Shown here piece by piece: positions 56,718 to 64,000 of a DNA stretch of 64,000 bases. The notes beneath the pieces were generated by a model. That model was not told the origin of the DNA, did not search any database, and saw only the letters and a list, made by a program, of their open reading frames with translations. Within the stretch, counting starts at the first letter, position 1. Each line of letters begins with the position of its first letter. Origin of the DNA: Nitrosopumilus sp. (GTDB lineage: Archaea; Thermoproteota; Nitrososphaeria; Nitrososphaerales; Nitrosopumilaceae). A program made the translations under genes and the position numbers. The stretch is from the NCBI GenBank assembly GCA_965207075.1, contig CBDBLO010000002.1:64001-128000 (forward strand), written 5' to 3'.

Positions 56718-57847
56718 CGAGGCACGCCAAGATACCGCCACGCCTGTTATCGCAGCCGTCCCTGCTGCCGTTGGTGCTACTACTTCCGCCGCTGCTGCTG
56801 CTGGCTGTAGGCGGTTCTTATACGGACGGTGGAGCTGGGAGCGCCCTTGCATATCATAACATGGCGGCAGCCCAAGAGGGGGAGGAGGGCGGCAGCATGC
56901 CGGCCGAGGCAAGCCAGGACTCTATCGAGATTACGCTTGGAACCGGCGATGACGGGCTGGGCATGCGCGTCATGCACACGCTTGACCCTGCAGACGGGCC
57001 GGCACTGCTGCCGTTGGTGGACGCGGGGGGCGTCTACGAGACCACCGTACGCGTGTCGAGCCTGGATGACGTCGGCCGGGAGAACCAACCCGTGCTGGCA
57101 CTGCCATCCGAGAGCAAGAGCGGGCCGGTGGCCGTAATACGCGCAGCGGACGGACGGCCGGCGGTAGCAGAATACAACCTCACCGGCGCGATCAGCCTGG
57201 CAGACGGCGTATACTCTCTGGAGTATGCGTACCCGCACACCACGGTCTTTGTGCTGCCGGACGACGCGTCAATGGTATTTGTAAACGACAGGATCGTGGA
57301 GCTGGGGGACAAGGACAAGATTGCCTGCCACGGGTGCAGCATGACCCTGTACTATGCAGAGGAGATCTCAAGCGGGGCCGAGACTGCCGAGATTGCGGGC
57401 TATGCGGCGTTCCAAGTCGGGATCGCGTCAAGCTCGGGAGTGGGCGAGTTCTCATTTGATGCCCCAAAGGGGGAGATCTCGCTCTGGGCTGACGGAACGG
57501 GCCGCCAGTTTCTGGACATGGCGATCCCGACTGAGCTGATGGGCGAGCCGTTTACGGTCTCGCTTGACGGCAAAAAGATAATCCACCAAAAGCGCCCAAA
57601 CGGCACGCACACATCAATCGCGGCAAATCTGGAGTCGGGGGGCCTGGTGAGCATATCGGGCGCGCCGGCGCAGCACATACTGCAGTACATGCAGCAACAG
57701 ATGCAGCAACAGATGCAGGCGCAGCAGCCGGTGGGCGCGGAGTCCTCGGATGACGGAGCTTGGGTTGCTGCCGCGGCAGTCGCTGGCCTGGCGGCGATAG
57801 CTGCTGTTGCCGTGTTCACCACGAGAAGAAGGTTCAGTCGCCGTTAG
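56714..57847 (+). CDS. Secreted/surface hypothetical protein with C-terminal membrane anchor
   Basis: Signal peptide, CHGC motif, IP..LM..PF.V..DG domain, TM with RRR tail. Confidence 0.7.
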   Translation: MTRHAKIPPRLLSQPSLLPLVLLLPPLLLLAVGGSYTDGGAGSALAYHNMAAAQEGEEGGSMPAEASQDSIEITLGTGDDGLGMRVMHTLDPADGPALLPLVDAGGVYETTVRVSSLDDVGRENQPVLALPSESKSGPVAVIRAADGRPAVAEYNLTGAISLADGVYSLEYAYPHTTVFVLPDDASMVFVNDRIVELGDKDKIACHGCSMTLYYAEEISSGAETAEIAGYAAFQVGIASSSGVGEFSFDAPKGEISLWADGTGRQFLDMAIPTELMGEPFTVSLDGKKIIHQKRPNGTHTSIAANLESGGLVSISGAPAQHILQYMQQQMQQQMQAQQPVGAESSDDGAWVAAAAVAGLAAIAAVAVFTTRRRFSRR

Positions 57848-58085
57848 AACCGCACGAGCAGAAGCCGTACTCGTCGATCCGGCTTTGGCACTCGGGGCAC
57901 TTTTCACCGTACTCTACCTCCCACGGATGCTTGCCAAACAGGCGGAAGTGATCGTCAATCTCCAGCGGTATTACACGCTCCTCCTCCTCCTCCCCTTCTT
58001 TTGCGTCCGCGCCGGGCCCGGCCGCGGCCTCGGCGCCGGCATCCTCGACGTTGTCGCCGTCGTTATGATTCTCGCTGGCTGGCAT
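57834..58085 (-). CDS. Small zinc-ribbon hypothetical protein
   Basis: CPEC..RIDEYGFC.C. Confidence 0.65.
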   Translation of the reverse strand: MPASENHNDGDNVEDAGAEAAAGPGADAKEGEEEEERVIPLEIDDHFRLFGKHPWEVEYGEKCPECQSRIDEYGFCSCGSNGD

Positions 58086-58143
58086 TTGATATCATTATCA
58101 CCCCGCACGCACGGTAAATATACGTCAGCTCCAAAAACGAGGC

Positions 58144-58341
58144 ATGGACGCCGACTGCGGCTGCCACTGCATAAAGTGCAAGGGCACGAACCTAAAGACG
58201 GACAGGGTCGGCGAGCCGGAGGAGGACGGATACTATGACATGCACCACACCTGCGCCGACTGCAACGTGCACTTTGACCATCTGGAGGGCGTAACGTTTT
58301 CCGAATGCCAGACGTGCGGTTTTCCAGAAGGCGGGCGGTGA
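58144..58341 (+). CDS. Small Cys/His-rich (CxxC x3) protein
   Basis: CIKC, CADC, CQTC; TAAATATA box upstream. Confidence 0.65.
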   Translation: MDADCGCHCIKCKGTNLKTDRVGEPEEDGYYDMHHTCADCNVHFDHLEGVTFSECQTCGFPEGGR

Positions 58342-58352
58342 GACGGTGCAGG

Positions 58353-58961
58353 TCACGCGGGGGCGGCCATTTCGGCGACGGGGGGGCCGTCGCATGCTTC
58401 ATAGCAACCGGCGCGGACTCCGGCGGAGACGTACGTGCTGGCAGCCCCCTTGACGGAGTTTTTGGTGACCCTCTTGCAGATCGCCAGCTCCGTCATGACC
58501 TCCGAGACCGCAAGCGAGCCGGCATGCCAGCCGCATTCGCGGAGGCGCTGGGCAATGTCAGATACGGTGCGCGGATGGTCAAAGAAGGCGTCGGTGTCAA
58601 GCAGCATCAGCAGTCCGTCCCTGACCTGCTCGCGGGAGTGGGCGCGTTGCGCGCGTGGGCCGGCATGGGCCGGCTCCTCTTCAGTGTCATCGTCCCCGGG
58701 GCCTGCGGCGTGATCCGAGAATTCCGGCTCAGGCGCCTCGGCCTCCCTGATGTTGCGCAGTCCCGTGGCGTCTAGATACTCCGGTGATCCGGCCTGCGGG
58801 GGGGCTGGAAGTGGCGCCGGCGGCCTGCCTGCCGCTGGCGCCTCCTGCATGCACAGGGCCATCTCCTCTATGACGGCCCGTACGGTCTCGTTGTCCACGT
58901 AAAAGTCACGCGAGTCTATCTCCACCTCACTTGGGCCCATTCTAAGCCTGACTCGCGCCAT
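58353..58961 (-). CDS. Hypothetical protein with C-terminal wHTH-like region
   Basis: E.EIDS N-terminus; FF..PRT.S.I...L...GW. Confidence 0.65.
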   Translation of the reverse strand: MARVRLRMGPSEVEIDSRDFYVDNETVRAVIEEMALCMQEAPAAGRPPAPLPAPPQAGSPEYLDATGLRNIREAEAPEPEFSDHAAGPGDDDTEEEPAHAGPRAQRAHSREQVRDGLLMLLDTDAFFDHPRTVSDIAQRLRECGWHAGSLAVSEVMTELAICKRVTKNSVKGAASTYVSAGVRAGCYEACDGPPVAEMAAPA

Positions 58962-59079
58962 ATGGCATGATGCTCGCGCCAAGATATAGTATGCGTAATG
59001 TAACTATGTTGATTGCCTGATCAAAAAAATTAGACTTTTCCCGTGGCGCGGTTAAAAGGAAACTTTGCAGACACAGATC

Positions 59080-59544
59080 ATGGAGCCGTCGAGAAAGGCT
59101 GGCATCATTGCGCTGGTGGCCATCGGCGTCGCGATATTCGGGTACGCGCAGTACGCGTCGGCATCCCACATATCGGTCAACATGACTCACAACGAGCTGC
59201 TCAGCACGGACGGGGACGGCTCTGACTACTACATCGAGCTTGAGTTTGATAACCCGTCGCTGCTTGTCTTGACGGCGGGCCAGACCGAGTTTGTGATAGA
59301 GTCAGACGGCAGGGCCGTGGGCCAGGGCGTCTTGGAGCCGTTTACGCTGACCCCGCTTGACGGGACGACCGTCGGCGGCACGTACCACACTTCCAGCGGT
59401 GACGGGGAGGGCGGCGACGGCGACGCGGCGACAATCAGGATTTCGGGCAGTACGGAGTACGACGTGCTGTTTGCCTCCATCGGGATCCCGTTTGAGTACT
59501 ATCCGACCGACGAGCAGGCAAGAGATTTTATACATCAGAGCTAG
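59080..59544 (+). CDS. Membrane-anchored LEA_2-like hypothetical protein
   Basis: N-terminal TM, FDNPS motif. Confidence 0.65.
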   Translation: MEPSRKAGIIALVAIGVAIFGYAQYASASHISVNMTHNELLSTDGDGSDYYIELEFDNPSLLVLTAGQTEFVIESDGRAVGQGVLEPFTLTPLDGTTVGGTYHTSSGDGEGGDGDAATIRISGSTEYDVLFASIGIPFEYYPTDEQARDFIHQS

Positions 59545-59553
59545 CGCGCATTC

Positions 59554-60459
59554 ATGCTGACCGTCTTCGGTTCAGTGGCCCTTGATACCATAAGGACGCC
59601 GAAAAGGACCCTCAAAAACGTCCTGGGGGGAGCCGCGTCATACGCCGCCGTATCGGCAAGCCGCTTTGCAAAGACGGGACTCGTCGCCGTGGTGGGAACC
59701 GACCTGCCGGAGAGGGACCGCCGCACCCTGGGCAGGCACGCGGTTCTTGACGGGCTGGTCACCAGGCCCGGCAAGACGTTCAGGTACGACGGCAGGTACG
59801 ACAGGACGCTCAGCACCAGAACCACGATAAAGACCGAGCTCAACGTGCTTGACGGGTTCAGGCCCACGCTTCCCGGCACGTATGCCTCGTCGCGGTACGT
59901 GTACCTTGCAAACAACGACCCGGATCAGAATCTGGCGCTGCTTGAAAAGTTTGGGCGTGCGAGGTTCTCCATGTGCGACACGATCGACTTTTGGATAAAG
60001 ACAAAGCGCAGCTCGGTCATAAAGCTGATGAAGCGGACGAGCGCGGCCATAATGAACGACTCGGAGGCCAGGCTGCTTGCAGGAGAGGACAACCTGGCGC
60101 GGTGCGCAAAAAAGATCCGGAGGGAGAGCGGCGTCCCGTTCCTGATTATAAAAAAGGGGGAGCACGGAGCGCTCATGTTCTACAAGCAGAAGGTGGTGGC
60201 CGCGCCGGGATACCTGCTTGAAAAGGTGGTGGACCCCACCGGGGCGGGGGACGCCTTTGCGGGCGCCATGATGGGGTACCTGGCAAGCCTGGACAGCAGC
60301 GTGATACGGGTGCGGGATCTCAAGCGCGCCATGATTTTTGGAAACGTCATGGGATCGTTTGCAGTTGAAAGGTACGGGCTGGACGGGCTCCTTGGGGCAG
60401 GCGGAAAGGGCGCGATAATGGGGCGCGCAGACAAGTATACAAGCTCGTTTCCGTATTGA
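59554..60459 (+). CDS. PfkB family carbohydrate/nucleoside kinase
   Basis: GGAA, KKGEHG, DPTGAGDAFAG. Confidence 0.92.
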   Translation: MLTVFGSVALDTIRTPKRTLKNVLGGAASYAAVSASRFAKTGLVAVVGTDLPERDRRTLGRHAVLDGLVTRPGKTFRYDGRYDRTLSTRTTIKTELNVLDGFRPTLPGTYASSRYVYLANNDPDQNLALLEKFGRARFSMCDTIDFWIKTKRSSVIKLMKRTSAAIMNDSEARLLAGEDNLARCAKKIRRESGVPFLIIKKGEHGALMFYKQKVVAAPGYLLEKVVDPTGAGDAFAGAMMGYLASLDSSVIRVRDLKRAMIFGNVMGSFAVERYGLDGLLGAGGKGAIMGRADKYTSSFPY

Positions 60460-60499
60460 GGATTGGTTATGGTGGTGACGGAGATGAAAACGGCGCGGT

Positions 60500-60895
60500 A
60501 TGGTGAGCCACGTGTCGCATGAGGACGGAGACGGGCGGCGGACCGAACCTGACGCTCTGGCGGCGGCGGACCGCCTAGAGGAGATATTCGAGCTGCAGAG
60601 GGGGCTGGCCTCAATGATGAGGCATGGCAGGTACCCGGAGGGCACGGAGGACAGGGTGTCGGCCCTCTGCACCGCGATCATGCACGAGGCAGTGGAGCTG
60701 CAGCGCACCACCAACTGGAAGTGGTGGAAGACGCCGACTGAGTTTGACACGACAGAGGCAAGGGAGGAGCTGATAGACATATGGCACTTTGTAATACAGG
60801 CATCGCTAGAGCTTGGACTGACGCCGGACGACATACTGGCAGAGTACAGGCGCAAAAACGAGATCAACAGGGACAGGCAGAGGGACGGGTACTAG
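60500..60895 (+). CDS. Dimeric all-alpha dUTPase
   Basis: E..EL....WKWWK, EELIDIWHF, KN..N..RQ..GY. Confidence 0.85.
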   Translation: MVSHVSHEDGDGRRTEPDALAAADRLEEIFELQRGLASMMRHGRYPEGTEDRVSALCTAIMHEAVELQRTTNWKWWKTPTEFDTTEAREELIDIWHFVIQASLELGLTPDDILAEYRRKNEINRDRQRDGY

Positions 60896-60920
60896 CTGCG
60901 GGGGCTGGCCGTGCGGGCGC

Positions 60921-61430
60921 CTACGCGCAGTACCGCCCTATGCACCCCAGGATCTCCGCGCGGTCGGAGTTGCCCGTCATGTCGACTATGGATATGTCGC
61001 TACGAAAGTGTCCGATCTGATCAGGGCTGGCAGTAATATACGGCTCGGGGCTGCGCGAGCGCGATATCCGGTTTGCTGCGCTGCTGCCGTAGCCGCTGTC
61101 ATGGTCAACGCCGTACCTGTGAAGCATGAGCAGGGAGTGCCCCGCGCGGTGTCCCGCCCCGTCTGCTCCGCATACTATCACCGTGCGCACGCGAGGGTTG
61201 CCGTGCAGGTATCCCAGCATGGCGTCAATGCCCCTGTTCTCTGACAGGAGGCGGCCCACTATGTTGACTCGGCCGAGTACGCCGGGATCGGAGGCCAGAT
61301 CGTCAAGCAGAGTAATGTCAGACAGGGTGCAGACGGCAACCGCGGACTGTGGGTTTCCGCGATACGACTCTGGCCGTATGGGTAGTACGATCTTGCACAG
61401 TTCTCCCAGCGCATCGCCTATCGCGTCCAT
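60921..61430 (-). CDS. MtrA-like (tetrahydromethanopterin S-methyltransferase subunit A domain) protein
   Basis: G...S.VAVCTLS, G.L.SEN.GI, NP..R..IVCG.D..GH..G.SL. Confidence 0.75.
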   Translation of the reverse strand: MDAIGDALGELCKIVLPIRPESYRGNPQSAVAVCTLSDITLLDDLASDPGVLGRVNIVGRLLSENRGIDAMLGYLHGNPRVRTVIVCGADGAGHRAGHSLLMLHRYGVDHDSGYGSSAANRISRSRSPEPYITASPDQIGHFRSDISIVDMTGNSDRAEILGCIGRYCA

Positions 61431-62024
61431 TACGGCGTACTGCAAACATGGGGGCGTATAAATCGCGTATCCGACATGTCGGGAATTGTCAGTTCGCTTG
61501 ACTAATCCCCCAGGGGAGGGCAACCGTCCAACCCTCCGCGCCTCCCCCCTCACTCTCCGCCGCCGCCCCCCCCCCCTCTTCTTATCCACCCCGCGCCCAT
61601 TGAGAGCGGGTGCAGATTAGGGCACGGGCCAGTCCAGAACGCGCGGGCGGACGCTGGAGGACGCGTTGGCGCTCTTTCTGGTCTTCCCTCCCGGCCGCCA
61701 CGCCGATTACCGACAGGACTGATCGTAGATGCCGGGCGTCCTGGCCACATCGGCTGTGCCGGCCGCGTGCAGCGCCTGCCGCCTGTCAAGCAGCTTTGAC
61801 AGTCCCGGCAGTACTTCCATGTACTGTACGCGCCGGGGACAAATCCGGCGGAAGGACAGCGAGGGTCATTCACAGGGGCGAGCGGGAACCGCCCGTATGA
61901 TGGTGTGGAAGAGGTGCAGGAATCCAATGCTGCAGGTGGAAGAGATTCCGGTTGTGGAAATATTCTATTATTTGGCTCGCTGACTACGAAGCCGCGTCAA
62001 GGCGCTTTATCATGCATTCAACAG

Positions 62025-63560
62025 TCACTTTAGCACAGCATCGTCACTTATGCTGCGTTCTAACCCGTCTGTACAAGACGCTATCATTTCTTTGATATTG
62101 TCATAGTCAGGGTAACCTTTGCCCGCCCCCGATATTGGATCTATCTTACCTATCTTTGACAGGGTGTCGCGTATCTCCTTGACTAGTGCAGAAGGTATGA
62201 TGTCGTCCGCATCATTTACCACATCGTTGACGCGGGTTCTATTAATGTTCACAGTCCTGTATGCATCTGCGATATCAGACTGGATGGAGTTGTACGTGCC
62301 AGGACTCTTGAGACGCCTGTCCATCAGGCCGATGCCCAGGAGTATTACTCCAAGTTGGTTCTTTAGCTCCTGCTTGACGAATATGGCCCTCCTCTTCGGG
62401 GATTCGGCGTCTTGTTTGAGTACGGTTAGCGCAGTACGCATTCTGTTGCGATACAGGAACGTGAACAACAGTACGGCCAACCCTGTAGCAAGCAGAATCA
62501 GGTAAAGGCTGTCCGCACCCAGAGTGTATCCGATGTAACCGCTTACAAACGGGCCCACCACCAACCCTATTCCGTACAGTCCCTCATACGCCCCTATCAT
62601 TCTTCCAGCGGCGAGCTTTTTGGAGCCGGCCAGTAGCATGTCGAAAATCACCGGATATATGGAAACAAGTCCAAATCCCAGCAACAACATAGCAACAACA
62701 AACTCTGCAAAGGTGGTGGCCACCATGGATACGGCCATAGCTGCGATCACGCACGACGTAGACAGCAGAAGTATTTTCCTTCTGTGTACGACCAACCTCT
62801 TTGCCAGAAACGATCCTAAAACTTTGGTGATTCCAAAGATGGCGTATAGCTGCATTACGGCGGCGGCGTCGAATCCATGCTCCTGTATAAATACCGGATA
62901 CAGTGACAAAACCAAGCCGAATGTGACGGTGCTGTATAGCAGTACTGTAACCTGCACTGGAAATTTCAGTACCTCCTTGAACAGACGAGGATCTATCTGG
63001 ACCCCCTTTGACTTGTGATGCGGGTAATTTAGTACGAACAGGATAACTCCGACACTTGTTATGCATGCCGTGATCAGAAGAAGCGTACGGTCATCCACCC
63101 CGAACGTCCCCAGTATGAGTGATCCGACCAGCGGTCCTATCATAAAGCCTATCACGCGGCACATCATGAGCTTCGTCGTGAGCTTTACCCTAGTGTCGGG
63201 GTTTTGGGAGACGGCGTGTATCGCCGGTGGCCATATCAGAGAGTATGAAAGGCCCAATAGGAGGCAGTACAGCGTGAGCTCCGTTATGGTAGTCGAGGTG
63301 GATATCAGGTACAACGATACAGCAGACGCTGCAAAGCCGGCCGCAAGCAGGTATTTGTCGTTTATGCGACCCAGCACGATCCCTAGCGCCAGCGGCACCA
63401 GAACATATGGTAGGCAAGTCACCGTTACTATCACTCCGATATCAATGTAGGTCGCACCTAACTCGTTGGCGGCAAAGATTGGTATTATTGGAGCGCGCAT
63501 ACCCCAAACGAAGCCGACCAGTAGTGATGCAGATAGCAACAGATGCGTAGTCCGGTGCAC
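62025..63560 (-). CDS. MFS transporter with soluble C-terminal extension
   Basis: About 12 TM helices, GF.IGP..G motifs; lower GC; start uncertain. Confidence 0.8.
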   Translation of the reverse strand: MHRTTHLLLSASLLVGFVWGMRAPIIPIFAANELGATYIDIGVIVTVTCLPYVLVPLALGIVLGRINDKYLLAAGFAASAVSLYLISTSTTITELTLYCLLLGLSYSLIWPPAIHAVSQNPDTRVKLTTKLMMCRVIGFMIGPLVGSLILGTFGVDDRTLLLITACITSVGVILFVLNYPHHKSKGVQIDPRLFKEVLKFPVQVTVLLYSTVTFGLVLSLYPVFIQEHGFDAAAVMQLYAIFGITKVLGSFLAKRLVVHRRKILLLSTSCVIAAMAVSMVATTFAEFVVAMLLLGFGLVSIYPVIFDMLLAGSKKLAAGRMIGAYEGLYGIGLVVGPFVSGYIGYTLGADSLYLILLATGLAVLLFTFLYRNRMRTALTVLKQDAESPKRRAIFVKQELKNQLGVILLGIGLMDRRLKSPGTYNSIQSDIADAYRTVNINRTRVNDVVNDADDIIPSALVKEIRDTLSKIGKIDPISGAGKGYPDYDNIKEMIASCTDGLERSISDDAVLK

Positions 63561-63766
63561 GTAACGTATGGCAAGCACTTGAATATATTTTCGATGTGTG
63601 AACCACAGGCCATTGAGCAGGCTCCGCGCAAGGCCTTCAGCAGCACGTATGGTACGTCGAGGTTCCGCTTCACGCCAGCGCGCAGTAACAGCCATCATGC
63701 GGCAAGTATATACGCAACCAAGGAGACGAAATAGCACTAGGCTGTCCAGATTCAATGGTGGACATG

Positions 63767-64000
63767 TCACAGGAGTCGACACGCTGCCCTTTGATCTGCG
63801 CAGACCGCCAGTGTATGGAAATGTAGATTCCAATAAATGGCTAATCCGTCGGGGGTGCTGTATTGCCGGATGAGGCAGGCGCACTCGAGGGAATTTATCA
63901 TTCCAGAGTCAATCGTCACCCCGTTACTGAAGGCATCCGTCAGATAGGCCGTGTACTCCAGCCTAAGTGTCTCCTTGCCCGTGTTTTGTACGACTCCTTT
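63767..64000 (-). CDS. Possible 3' end of a hypothetical gene entering from beyond the window
   Basis: Open frame KGVVQNTGKETLRLEY...CRLL* from the window edge. Confidence 0.3.
   Translation of the reverse strand, partial: KGVVQNTGKETLRLEYTAYLTDAFSNGVTIDSGMINSLECACLIRQYSTPDGLAIYWNLHFHTLAVCADQRAACRLL

Noticed and set aside
61700-61930. Possible ncRNA or omegaRNA remnant (GGGCG-AGCGGGAAC-CGCCC hairpin)
   Set aside because: A single short GC-rich stem with no associated gene, TIR or recognisable motif.

Overview
GC-rich archaeal chromosomal window from an ammonia-oxidising Nitrososphaerota (Nitrosopumilaceae-like; the high GC, low-complexity in-frame insertions and solute-binding protein resemble Cenarchaeum-type sponge symbionts, which is inference). 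Mostly housekeeping genes: F420 enzymes, tetraether lipid synthase tes, egsA, mtnA, pyrH/tmk, the archaeal CoA cluster (pantoate kinase, phosphopantothenate synthetase, panB, coaBC), sepF, aCPSF1, proteasome beta, bluB, a DUR3-type urea transporter and three tRNAs (one with a D-arm intron). The standout feature is a 1262-bp element (27766-29027) that carries only an intact TnpB RNA-guided nuclease gene but is bounded by 22-bp IS6-like terminal inverted repeats (GGTTCTGTCAAGTTA...) and an exact 8-bp target-site duplication. That is DDE-transposon architecture rather than IS200/IS605/IS607 architecture. Other leads: a DUF3800 gene followed by a structured putative ncRNA, an SF2 helicase with a PKD/Ig-like domain inserted between its RecA domains, a DUF59-PqqD(RRE) fusion near tes, a probably inactive solo Cas4, an orphan Dam-family methylase next to a tRNA with an altered 3' end, and several operator-like palindromes. 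All protein family calls are from motif recognition by eye; no database searches were run. No CRISPR array was seen.
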